64,000 bases of DNA, taken from positions 56,172,001 to 56,236,000 of the forward strand of contig NC_045705.1 of the NCBI RefSeq assembly GCF_009834535.1, in the 5' to 3' direction. This DNA is from Camelus ferus (Eukaryota). Of this stretch, positions 48,952 to 60,989 are shown piece by piece. The notes under the pieces were generated by a model. That model did no database searches and had not been told where the DNA came from. It saw only the letters and a program-made list of their open reading frames with translations. The position numbers and the translations under genes are program-made. Positions within the stretch are counted from its first letter, which is position 1; every line of letters begins with the position of its first letter.

Positions 48952-50089
48952 ATAATATTTAAGAGACTTAAGAAAATATATCTAATTTTGTCACAGTGTC
49001 TGAGATCTAGGAGATACTTTGGGCTTCAGTGAAGCAAAATGTTAATGGAGATGCTGAAGTAGCCATAATCTTAAGCACATCAGCCCTGTACCACAGTGAT
49101 CCAAAAGCGGGTATGACCTGGAGTGCCCAAGTTATCACTTGTTAAAGATGTTACTCCTCAGGGCTTCTCTTCAGAATTATTTTGCCTAATTCCCTTTTTG
49201 GCCTGTAATATTGCTAAGTGTGTATAATTTACTTGAGAATGAGATAGAGGAGGTATTCAAATCATCATCATCATCTTCATCATTATTTTTAACATTACAG
49301 TTTTTAGTTAATATCAGATAGCAATGATTTCAGAGCCCAGAGGTTTTAATACATGGATTCCCATTATATGTACTATCTATGCCTGGACTTGAGTTTACAG
49401 TGGCATCCATCCCAGAGCTCTCCTGAGTAGCTTTGAAGAGGATAGTATGGCCCCTTCAGGGAAATGGCAACCCGCACCTCTAACCTATCCCAAAACAGTG
49501 ATTTCACAAGAGCAATGGTTAGTCCTACCTGTTGACTTTCCTTTCTATTTCCTGAATTCTTCAAATATATTGAGTATTAATCTGTTACTCATACTTTACA
49601 CCTCAGAAGCCTTCCGTCAGGATAGATAGCCATTTATCTTGCTGTAGGTTGGCTGGGTCTCCAGTCTGCAAAGCATAGCGTTTCTCGTAGGTAGAGAAGC
49701 TCACTGAAATTGGGCATAAGAGAAGAATCAAAACCACAGTGGATCCTAATGCTGATAGTTCTTCAAGGAAGCATGGGTGTGACCAAGTGGGACATCCGTT
49801 TCTCCTTCAGCAACTCCAGGGCCAAGATAGGATATTTTTGGGTTCAGCATCTTTGATTCTATCCAGCTAGGTGCTTTATCAGCACTACACTTCTGTGCTT
49901 TAACTACTGTAATCTGCATGTCTCCTTTTGACTACTCCATTCCTTCAGGACCAATCTTTTTCTTAATGTGACCTCTAGGGAAGATAAATAATGTCATGGT
50001 CATTGGAAGACTGTCTTCTGCTCAGGGAAATGAGGTGATCACGCCAAATTTCCAATCCCAGGGTAATATAAAGGCAAACAGCATGAACT

Positions 50090-50330
50090 CTAGAACCATG
50101 ATAGGAAGGAGCAAGGACTGTAGATCTAGAGGCCCTTATCTTTGGATCTCATTCTGGCATTCCTTGACTTTGTAACCTGGAAAATATTACTTAGCCATTT
50201 TTGCCTCTGTTTCCTTATGTATACAATGATTGCATAATAATTTTATCTGTCTCCTATTTTTTAATGTTAAATGAGTTAGTATATATATATATAGCATTTA
50301 GAATATATTAAATACTGAATAACAAATAAT
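50090..50330. mobile_element. MIR
   Basis: ggatctcattctggcattccttgactttgtaacctggaaaatattacttagcc...cctctgtttccttatgtatacaatg. Confidence 0.65.
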
Positions 50331-51218
50331 CAGAAGTTGATTATCTGTTCCTTTGATACAGATTTGTTATTAAAGTATTTATTCATAGTATTCTGCCAGT
50401 CTATCAATTCTCTGACCCTGTATTTTGTGCCCTGACCTTAAACTGTTTTCAAAAACCCTGGCAAGTATTTTCAAAGAGTACATCAAATTTCGTAGCCATT
50501 AAGTAATTAAATAGTAAGACTAATTTCTCTGGGTCTGGTCTCATGACTATCAGGCAGCCTTTTAACCATGATTTAGATTTCCATGTATACTTATTTTCAG
50601 AAAGGAAACTCTCTTCCCTTGGGAAGTATGCATCTAGTTTAGAAAAGCTGCATTCCACATATTAATTTAACATGTTGACATTCTAACATATCAAATGGGT
50701 TTGGTTTGGGAGAACTAGCTCTCTTATCTTATTAGTCATAAAATATTAATAAGACTGAAATAGTCTAGGGAGAATATAAATAAGAAAACCAACTGATAAT
50801 CTGTCTGATATTTTTAAACTCTTTTTACCTCCATCTAATTCAGTAAGTTTTGGTTAAATGATTAGTTGCTTTGTTCATTATTTTCTTGAAGATTACTAAT
50901 TCCTTATTCCTAGTATTCCAGGATAACATAATTTTCCCAAATCTTGTTTAATATCTTATTTTTCACATATCATTACCATATATTTCCATAGCTACATTCA
51001 TCTTTCTCTTAAATAAATTTTATAAGCATTGTTCACTGAGCTGATGAGGGAATGAATAGGGCAATGTTCTATCTCAGAATAAGTTTTCTTTACCAAAGAA
51101 AACTATTTAAATGTATTTAAGGAGAGCAGTTGATATTTATTTTATATTTAAGTGTCATCCATACTTAAATTATCTTTAATTAATTCACATTATAAAGGAA
51201 TTAGATAGTGTCAATGTA

Positions 51219-51224
<6 letters not shown>

Positions 51225-51250
<26 letters not shown>
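51225..51250. repeat. (GT)n microsatellite
   Basis: Directly visible. Confidence 0.9.
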
Positions 51251-51251
<1 letters not shown>

Positions 51252-52948
51252 ATGATAGGAAATCTGGGAAGCTTTCATTTTCTTAACATGATATGTTCAC
51301 AGGAACACAAGTTCATCATTGATCTTGGTTCAAAGAGTTCATGTGGAGGGTGTGTGAAAGTTGACAATGGAGAGTGATATGGCTTAAAATGTGTGACTTA
51401 ATGAAAACTGATTATTACATGGAAAAGTATTTGAATTTCATATCCTAATACTGAGCATTTCTTAACTCTTCTTATTGGCTGTTGGAGTTCGTTTTGTTTC
51501 CTGAGTCAATTTGTTTATTGAACATAATACAGGCAGCAGGAAATAGAAACCATGGCTCTTTTCCTCAAGGCACTTTATTTGGGAAAGAGCAAACTTTCTC
51601 TGAAATAAACTGGTGCTATACATCCAAAATTGGGTATCAAAAAAAAAAAAAGATTAAAAAAAAAGGCAAACAAATAAATAGAACAGAGAGAAATTTGCAT
51701 GTGAGACATATTCAAAAGTTCTAACACATAGTGGAGAAGAATAAGAGAAGAGAACCATTTCATTAACTCTTTAACATTAAGATCATGCATTCCATTTTTT
51801 TATATATACAGTATTGAAAATAGTAATTGCTACAATAGGTATTTGATACTTCTCAGTATATTTTTTTACTAGATTCATGAATAAGCAATAGTATTTATAC
51901 TTACAACTATTTATGAGCACTCATGACAGCTGGGGAATACCAGCCCTATAGTGATGTGTTAGAATAGCAGTCATGACCCCATGCTTAAAAAATTTGTAAT
52001 ACAGCTGAAAAGAAAGGTGAATATATATAAAATAATAAAATGTCACCAACAAAAGCATATGTGTAAATCATCTTAATGAAGAAGAAAAAAGTAATGGATT
52101 ATCAACAATAAAAGAATTGAGAAAGAAGATATTAAAGATCCACACAGACATGTAGCACAAGAGGAGAAAATGTTATTAAGAGATGAGGATGGTTATCATG
52201 CACAACTCCCAATCTACTCATAGATGAAGACATGAAATCCTGAGCTATAGTACTGAGGAGGAAATGTACACATTTGCCCAGATGTTTAGATATACACTAT
52301 CAGGCTTTCTTGGGCAACTCCTGTGTGTCTGTCTCAGTATTTGCTGGTGAGTTGAAGAAGCAGATAGATCTACAGTGGCATTGGGAGAAAGAACACATCA
52401 CCCAGTGATGAGGTGAAGACTTATTCCATACCCAACAGGACAGAAGCAGTTCAAAGTCCTTCTAGGAACTCAAGTTCCAAACTTGCCCTAAGAATCCATA
52501 AATATTTTCATAAAAAGTTATGACATTTTGGCATGAGAAACAAAATATGGGCAAATGTATTAGAAAAAGAGAAGCTGATTTCTGAGTTTAGGTCATAAAC
52601 ATGAGAAACTATGTAAACATAGTTACATAAGGAAAATATTGCTATTATCATTAATAACAATGTAATAATATTAACAAAATGTACAGTTTTCAAAAACAAT
52701 CTCTTTTACATACATTGTCTATTGTATGCTTCATAATTATCTTGGGGCTAGAAAAGGCCATACTTACAATTTGGCTATGAAAAAATCTGAATCTCATAAG
52801 GATTGATGGTTAACTGAGATCACATATCTAGGAAGTGAAGAAATTAGACATTTAACCAGATGATCAAGCTTCAGATAGTTTACTTCTCATCTACTCAAAC
52901 AGCTGCCCCAAGATCTTTTCAGTGGAAAACCTGGAGGATAGAGGTTAC

Positions 52949-53896
52949 TTAAAGCTTCCTCCTTAGTCCAAACTTGCGGAGAATTCCTAGACGAATCTGC
53001 TTTGTCCTGACACTGTAGACAACAGGGTTCAGCAATGGGGGGAGAAGCAAGTATATGTCAGCCATGAGGATGTGGACAATGGGAGACAAATACTTCCCAA
53101 AGCGATGGACCATTGATACCCCAATAACTGGCACAAAGAAGATGAGTACCACGCAGATATGGGATACACATGTGTTGAGTGCCTTTAGCTGTTCTTCACG
53201 AGATGCAATGCCCAGCACAGCCTTCAGAATTAGGACATAAGAAAGAAGTATAAAGACTGAATCCACACCCAGTGTGGCAATAACTACGCACAGTCCATAA
53301 ACACTGTTGATGCTGGCATCCGAGCAGGATAGTTTCAGAACATCCTGGTGCAAACAGAAGGCGTGGGAGAGGGCATTGATGTGGCAGTAGTGATACTGTC
53401 TCAGTAGCAAAGGTGTGGGCAGTACAACTCCCATGCTTCTTAGCAAGCAGGTCAAACCAATCTTGCCTATTACACTGTTGGTGAGGATGGTGGTGTAGTG
53501 CAGTGGACGGCAGATAGCAATGAAACGGTCAAAGGCCATGGCCAGCAGCACTGAGGACTCCAGGAATGTGAATGTATGGATGAAGAAGAGCTGAACATAG
53601 CAAACACTTGCCCGAATCTCCCGAGCATCCAAACATAACACAGCAAGCATGGTGGGAAGTGTGGACAAGGACAAACCTAGGTCAGTTAGTGCCAAGATGG
53701 AAAGAAAGTAATACATGGGCTGCTGGAGGGAAGACTCTGTCCAAATGACAGAGAGGATGCTAACATTACCAATAAATGCTAACAAGTATGCAAGACAGAA
53801 TGGGATTGAGAGCCAGGAATGAACATACTCTAGTCCAGGAAAACCCCTCAGAATAAATATAGGCTCCATAGTATCATTGTTACTCCAGACCACCAT
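52949..53896 (-). CDS. OR51L1: Olfactory receptor 51L1 (315 aa)
   Basis: EPIFILRGFPGLEYVHSWLSI...IHTFTFLES...GVVLPTPLLLR.YHYCH matches recalled human OR51L1. ATG at 53896 has a strong Kozak context (accATGG). Confidence 0.94.
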   Translation of the reverse strand: MVVWSNNDTMEPIFILRGFPGLEYVHSWLSIPFCLAYLLAFIGNVSILSVIWTESSLQQPMYYFLSILALTDLGLSLSTLPTMLAVLCLDAREIRASVCYVQLFFIHTFTFLESSVLLAMAFDRFIAICRPLHYTTILTNSVIGKIGLTCLLRSMGVVLPTPLLLRQYHYCHINALSHAFCLHQDVLKLSCSDASINSVYGLCVVIATLGVDSVFILLSYVLILKAVLGIASREEQLKALNTCVSHICVVLIFFVPVIGVSMVHRFGKYLSPIVHILMADIYLLLPPLLNPVVYSVRTKQIRLGILRKFGLRRKL

Positions 53897-54464
53897 GGTG
53901 ACCCTTGGCAAAGAGTGAGGAATATTTTCTGTTAGCCTTTTTTGTCCCTCAGAGTCATCCCTTGTGAGCATAAGTAGAGCAGTCAGGATACATCTTTCCT
54001 CTAATCCCGCTGAGGAAGGAAGGAGTTACAGTTCTTAGGTAAGAAACATTTCCCGGTAGTAATGAGCACCAAATTCTAGAGCAAAAGTGTGTACTACAGA
54101 AATCTGGTCATTTCTGACAAGAACTTTGATGGCTTTGCATTGAGGACACTAAAAAATTTAAGCAGCAAAAGATTAGAGAAAGAAATCTTTACTATGTATT
54201 ATAAAATTACAAACAGAGAAAAGTCAGAGTAAATGTCTCTGGATTTGCATAAGCTTCCAGCCAGTAATGTTCTTGAGTTAACCTTGATTGTTTCTAGGCT
54301 ATCTTTTAATTCCTGACAACAGAATTTGTCCTAAGGACTCAACATAATTTCGCTTCCTACTTATTTAATACTTATACATACTTATATAATAATTTATAAT
54401 GTTAAAAATATTTAATATTTTAATAAAATTCAGTACCCATTATATGAAAAGAGGGCATGAAAAA

Positions 54465-54467
<3 letters not shown>

Positions 54468-54498
<31 letters not shown>
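54468..54498. repeat. (TA)n microsatellite
   Basis: Directly visible. Confidence 0.95.
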
Positions 54499-54500
<2 letters not shown>

Positions 54501-55539
54501 TAAGGTCACAATGTAACTATTAAAGCTCTTCCTATCTGCCTGCACACAAAATAATATTAAAATAAAAAATGTATATATTTAGTTTAGACATCTATTATAT
54601 ATTATGTGTCTTAAATTAGTAATAATGTGTAATATATCCACTTCATTTCTATTTGTCATTTCTTGCTTATTTTTTCTCTCAAAATGAGGCTGATACATAA
54701 TCACATTTTTAAAAATATTCAATAAAATATTAAACGTCTTTCTAATTTTTATGCCCCTTTGCACCTACCTCCTTGAACCCAAAACAATCTCATAAATGCA
54801 GCTCTAAGTACTCACCATCAGTGGCTCTCAGAAACAACCAAGTTCTTTTTCCCTTTTGAAAATGCAATTCTAACGTCTGGCTTTACTCTCCTTGAGCAAT
54901 CTTCATTGCGATTGCCTCTGCTGAATGCTGTCCTTGCTGTACCCCGTGTTGATGGCATTGGGCACAGCAGCTAAGCCCTATGGGATTCTCTGTCCCTTCA
55001 GTTCTCTGTTTCCTTATGTTAGCTGTGTCCAGCCCCATTGACTGTCCTGGAGAAAATTCTTCACTAATGTGCTCCTTTAGTGTCTAGACTTCATTGACTT
55101 CAGATACCTTCACTGCAATGTCTCAGCATCTCTCTCATTCTTCCTATAGACACTTAGTCTCTAACCACTAAAAAACTGAAAGTTCTCAAGCTAAACAATC
55201 TGTAATTCCAATGAGGACTTTGGCTTAGCATCTGTACCTGAGAAACAGAAGGAAATACCCAGCCATTCTCAGAAGGATTTGCTGCTTTCTCCCTTTTTCC
55301 TCCAGTCTGGCCATCCCCATCCTCTAAGAGTCTGATGTCTCTCTGGTACTCTTCTCCAGCCCCAAGCAGGCTACACTGAGCTTTAACTGGGACCCCTGGC
55401 TTGGATGAAGCAGTCAGCTACTCACTGTCTTCTGCATCTACCAGGCAGAATACTTGCTCAACACATTTATTTTTCTTTACCTCCAAGCAACACTTCTTTC
55501 CTAGTCTTCAGAATTTACTAAAGCCCTAGTTGACTTTCT

Positions 55540-55924
55540 TTGTTTTTATTGATGTATAGTTGGTTTACAATGTTGTGTTAGTTTTGGGTGTACAGCAAAG
55601 TGATTCAATTATATATATAGATTAATTAGAAAATTATTAGATTATTTTCCATTATAGGTTATTTCAAGATATTGAATATAGTTCCCTGTGCTATACAGTA
55701 GGTCCTTGTTTTTTATCTATTTTATATATGGTGGTGTGTATATGTTAATCCCAAACTCCTAATTTATCCCTCCCCTACCCCTTTCCCCTTTGGTAATAAT
55801 AGTTTGTTTTCTATGTCTGTGAGTCTATTTCTGGTTTGTAAATAAGTTCATTTGTGTCATTTTTTTAAGATTCCACCTATAAGAGATATTTTATGATATT
55901 TGTCTTTCTCTATCTGACTTACTT
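55540..55924 (-). mobile_element. Lineage-specific L1 3' end, running into an N gap (55925-56057)
   Basis: attgatgtatagttggtttacaatgttgtgttag...ccctgtgctatacagtaggtcc...ttagattccac. Confidence 0.9.
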
Positions 55925-57252
55925 NNNNNNNNNNNNNNNNNNNNNNNNNNNNNNNNNNNNNNNNNNNNNNNNNNNNNNNNNNNNNNNNNNNNNNNNNNNN
56001 NNNNNNNNNNNNNNNNNNNNNNNNNNNNNNNNNNNNNNNNNNNNNNNNNNNNNNNNNCCCATAAATTTTGTTCTATTTCCTATTCAAGTCTCAGCTTATC
56101 AAAAGGCTCTAGACATTATCATTGAAGTATACAGAACACATATACACACACAAAGATTAGATTGTGGCCGTATTAGAAAAGTAACTTAATTTTCCCCATG
56201 CCAAGAAATTAGTCCATGCATTCTACTTTAATTCTTCTAACCTTAATATAAAACACATTTTCTTTAATTCTCAGAGAAGTTGCAGAAATAAAATGGATCA
56301 CTGTTTTTTAAAAATGCCTTTCTCCCTGCTCTGAGTCCTCTAAGAGCAGATTTCAATGTTCAGAAAACTTCAGTGGCAGGCCGGTGCATAGACTTAAATT
56401 TAGGACAGGCAGGAATATCTCTCTTTCTTATTCCTTCTCTCTCACTGACTCAGCTGTCATGTCTTTCACTTTTTCTCAGTCCCTTCATCATTGTCCTTCC
56501 TTTCTTCATCCTCTGCTGATGCTATATCTATGTCATTAACAATGATCTTTGGGGTACTTTGCTTATTTTAATACAATTTAACCACAGTGATGTGAAAAAT
56601 AAATAGTAGGAAGAGACTAGGCTAATGACAAGACTGTCTCAAAGGGCAGAGGCCTGAAAAGACTCATGTAATACAGTTATCTATCCTAAGAAATGGAGAG
56701 AGAACCACTGAGGATAAGAAAATCATTTTATTATAGCCCCTCCAGCATCTTACCTGCAGTCCTCAGATACTATCTTTCACTAACCAGCCTATCTTAAAAT
56801 TGTTGGAAAAGATTGAATTAGGATGTTAAGATACGTCATAAACTTCAAAATTTTTCACCTCTAAAGAGAATGACACCCATATTTCCCTTCTTCATAAATT
56901 TGTTGTTCTTTAATGATTTTGCTCTCTTTAGCCCTTGTGTCATAACATAATCTATGCCAAAATCTATACACTACTTATTAATAATTTAAAAATTAACACC
57001 TGAAATTTACTCATAAGTCTATTTCATCGATATGAATGCTGAATCATGCAACCAATAACCGGTTTCCCAAAGATCCAGTTTCATATTGCCTTTTTCTGCC
57101 TACACTGTCCACCATCACAGGTAAAGTCACATTCTGTTTCTGTTTCTGTAGCATTCTCTCTCTCTCTTTTTGTTACCCCTGCTATTATTCCTATCTTTCT
57201 TCTCATTTCTTTGTACTTCTGTGCATTTAGTTCTTGCTCTCTTTGCTTTATC

Positions 57253-57485
57253 CCTCACCTGAGAAGAGTTCCCATCACCATCTGAAGGTCAAACTTGAAC
57301 TGATTACAGATGCTACAATTTTGATTCTCCATATACCTTAGGTTTTCAAAACCTTTGACTCCATGGATAGTGAGGCTTAAATGCTTCCATCATCTCTATA
57401 CATACTCCTGGTTTCTCCTGGGATAGTAAATAAGGGATTGGCATCAGAGTCTTCTGGGTCCCTAGAGATGAAATTAATATAAACA
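57253..57485 (-). promoter_or_regulatory. Candidate promoter/first exon of OR51L1
   Basis: O/E-like TCCCTAGAGA (about 57459-57468) and TCTCCTGGGA (about 57414-57423), adjacent AATTAAT/TATAAA, and donors AAG|GTATAT (57337/57336) and CAG|GTGAGG (57259/57258). Confidence 0.4.
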
Positions 57486-57899
57486 GCCCTTAACCACAGC
57501 TGTGCCAAGGGCATAAAATCCCGGAAGTTGAAGAAATGTGTGCCTACTTCTATCCACCACTCCCAGTCCTTTTTTTCAAATGTAATAGTTTTCTCTTCTT
57601 GAAAGTGCATCTGAGAGTTCATGACCACAGTCTAATATTCCATAGGAATAGTGAAATCTCAGCTTCATTGAGGACATCCATATAGAACTATGGCAATTAA
57701 GTGCATTGATAAGTCCTCCTGTTAGAAAGTGTTTACCATTTCTTGCTGAACAGGGTCATTCATTAGCTGTTTGTTTAATAATCGTGTGTTAAGCACCAAC
57801 AGGATTCAAGTCTCCATACTCAGCTCTATAAAGGCAAAAACCATTATCTGGTTCGTCATGACTTCCACTTTGCTCAGTATGGAGATGACTTTCTAATCC

Positions 57900-58160
57900 A
57901 TTCTTTTTCTTAGCTCATATCCACCTCTTTGCATTTATTTATAAATTTTAGAAACAGCTTATCAATTTGCACCAAGATATACATTGGGACTTTTATTGAC
58001 GATGTATTGAATCTACAGATCAATTTTGGAAGAATTGAAATATCTAATTACCAGATCTTCCAATCCAAGATAATGGACTTCAATTAATTAATGTTATTAT
58101 TTTTTCTCAATATTGTTTTATACTTTACTGTTATAAAAAAAATTAATACAGAAAATGCAA
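57900..58160 (-). mobile_element. Old L1 ORF2 fragment
   Basis: aattttagaaacagcttatcaatttgc...ttgaatctacagatcaattttggaagaattg. Confidence 0.65.
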
Positions 58161-58168
58161 TTGAATAA

Positions 58169-58979
58169 AGTTGGGAGACCAGAAGGAGGAGCTCTCACCC
58201 CTTGCAATAATAGCAAAGCCCAAGAAGAAGAAGAAAGACTCCTCTCCTTTCCTGACAATGACTCAGTCAGTGAAAAGACATGAACTCTGTTTACCATGGC
58301 TTCCCAATTTCCTTTTTCTCTCTATAAAAGCACTTTTCTTTCCTTACCTTATGGGGACTTGCACATGGCTCACCATGGTTGCAAGACCCCAAATTGCAAT
58401 TCCCTGCTGATCCCGAATAAACCCATCTTTGCTGGAAGACTAGCTGGCTGACTATTTATTTCAGGTTGTCAACTGAAAAAATATACACAACCTAAAAGTT
58501 AAGAGTTATGTTTTATTTGGCGGACTTTCAGAGGACTCAAGCCTGGGAGGCAGCCTCTCAGATAGCTCTGAGATATTGCTCCAAAGAAGCAGGGGAGGAG
58601 CCAGGCTATATAGGAGTTTTGCCACAAAGGCCAGGTAATCAGAGCATCAAAAGGTTACTGTTAATTAAAGAAAACCAGACATCTCAAATTAAGGAATTTA
58701 GTGCTTTTCTATGTATGGGAATGTGCAAAAGTCTTGGCTTCTTGAAATCATTCCTTTGATGTACACCTTAGCTATCTAGGGCCAGTATCCTCTTCTTTCC
58801 CATCCTGAGTTCCCTCAGTAGGTGGCTGCAGAGGCTGCCTTCTGGGCTGCCTGCTTACCTCCATCCTGAGTCCCCTCCCGTCACTGTCGGGGGCAGTGGT
58901 AGTGGCTGATGACTTGATAGCCACAGCATCCTTTGTTTACTGAAATGGCTGGCAATATTTTTCATTCACAAAGTCAACA
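58169..58979 (+). mobile_element. ERV1-class solo LTR (host), interrupted 5 nt before its 3' end
   Basis: TATA (ctataaaagc), AATAAA, and terminus ...tttcaggt | caaca split by an inserted LTR. Confidence 0.65.
58467..58970 (-). mobile_element. ERV1-class solo LTR, family B copy 1
   Basis: TG...CA ends; 4-bp TSD AGGT/AAGT; similar to 60020-60494 and 61389-61813. Confidence 0.8.
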
Positions 58980-59475
58980 GTTAAGAGAGAATATTTATCT
59001 TACATTAGATTTGTTCTTAAGTATTTGATATTAATTTATGCTTATGTGACTAGCATTTACAAATTATCTAAATCTTTGGTCCTGATATATAAAAATGAAA
59101 TCAATTTATATTTGGTCTTTTTTTTCTGAAAAACTTTTAAGCTTATATTTATTTCTATTAAGTAATCTATATAATCTTTATTCCTTACTTTGTACTAATC
59201 ACACTTTTATTAGTAATGTCAACTTCTCTCTCCCTTATTTCCAATCATTATATCTTTTATTATATTTATTGACATTTTGTGCCAGTCTCAGCCTATTGAT
59301 AACCAATGTTGTGGCTGGACCAGCCCTTGTGATTCTTACTTCAGTTAGAAAATATCTTCAGGAGACTTTGGGGGGAAAAAAAACAGGTTTATTACTAGAA
59401 GTTCTGTGTTGGGGAGGAAGAAATTATGAAATTTTAACTTTTAGACTGTGACTGTGCACTTATTTCAGTTGACAA

Positions 59476-60019
59476 GAGGAGCAAAATTTGCCACCCCAAA
59501 ATGTGTCTCTTTGGCAAGAGGATTAATTTAGGCTGATTATTTTTAAGAAACAGAAGATTCAGGAAACCTTTCTTTTTAACTCCTCCTTAGCTACCTATAG
59601 AATTTAGATAAAGGGCCAGTTCCTGGCTCTCACCAGAGATACATGCAAAGAATATGGGCTAGGTGTGGTGTGGGAAACTCTAGGCAGGTCCTCAAGATCA
59701 AAATCAACTCTGTGTCTCATTGTCTCTGCACAGCACTGTAAACATTTGTTTACCAAATATTTGCTTTTCCACCCCCTTGTGAATTGCCTCCCTCCCCTTT
59801 GAAGTCCCAGAAAACTACTCCCAACCTCCTCTTTTGTCTTTAGCTTAAGATAGTAAGGAGGGGGTTTTGGCCATTTTCTTGAGTTAATCAGTTTTCCTGG
59901 GTCTCTAGCGTGTATACATGTTATTAAACTTTCGTCTGACTTTCTCCTATTAATCTGTCTCATATCAATTTAATTCTTAGACCAGCCAGAAAAACCTAGA
60001 GAAGGGTAGAGGAACATTT
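59476..60019 (+). mobile_element. MER34-like ERV1 LTR
   Basis: caaaatttgccaccccaaaatgtgtctctttggca...attaaactt...aatctgtct...cctagagaagggtagagg match recalled MER34-family hallmarks. Confidence 0.7.
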
Positions 60020-60494
60020 TGTCGACTGAAATAAATGTGCAGCCTAAAAGTTGAGAGTTTTGTTTTATTTGGCGAGAGGACTTGAGCTGGGATGACAGCC
60101 TCTCAGATGACTCTGAGGGACTGCTCCGAAGAGGTAGGGGAGGAGCTAGGATATATAGGAGCTTTACAACAAAGACCAGGTAGTTGAAACAATAAAGATT
60201 ACTTATTATTTAAAGAAAACCAGGCATCAAGTTAAAGAATTTGGTGCTTTTCTGTGTCTGGGAGGAAGCAAACATTTGGGCTCATTGAATTCATTCCTTT
60301 GACAAGCACCTAGCTATCTAGCACCAGTATCCTGTCCTTTCATATTCTGAGTCCCCTCAGGGTGCACCTTTGTGAGTGGCTGCAGATGCTGGGCTGCAGG
60401 CTAGTCTTCACTCGGGGTGGCGGCAGCTGCTGCTGACTTGATGGCTTCAGCATTCTTTGTTTACTGATATGGTTTGCAGTATTTTTTGTTCACA
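60020..60494 (-). mobile_element. ERV1-class solo LTR, family B copy 2
   Basis: tgtcgactgaaa...ttttttgttcaca, collinear with copy 1. Confidence 0.8.
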
Positions 60495-60499
60495 CCCTC

Positions 60500-60935
60500 C
60501 ACCTGGTAATTACAGGCCAGGCTGTGAGCCAAAGAGTAGGTTAAGAATAGAGAGAAAGACAGAGAGAGACTGTGAGCTCACTCAGGCCTGAGGTTCTGGT
60601 TTTATTGGGATCAAGGGTGGGATTTAGCATTTGGGGGGCTCACTCTATTGGTCAATTTAAAACAAGAGCAGAAATTTAAAGTATGAGAAGAGAAAAAACA
60701 AGTGGCCCAAAGGGTCAGTTATCTAGGGAGTTTGGTATGTGTGTGGTGAGTGGGTAGAGTGGTGGCCTGGCTCTTCAATTAGTCCAGTACTCAGCTTTGT
60801 GTTTATTTGAGATAGCTATTTTTGAAGCAGATTCCTCTTTGAAATAGATGCCTCTAGGCAATCAAAGCTTAAGTTAGGTATTTGCATTACAAAAAAAAAC
60901 AAACAAAAAACCTACCTGTCAGGGCTTACACTACA
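60500..60935 (-). mobile_element. Further LTR-like element
   Basis: Antisense AATAAA (ttttattg) and CCAAT (ctattggt); ends ...acactaca. Confidence 0.45.
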
Positions 60936-60989
60936 GTTGATTTGTGGCCCTTTTTAAGGCTTCTAGTGCAGTTTGGGGTGGAAATGATG

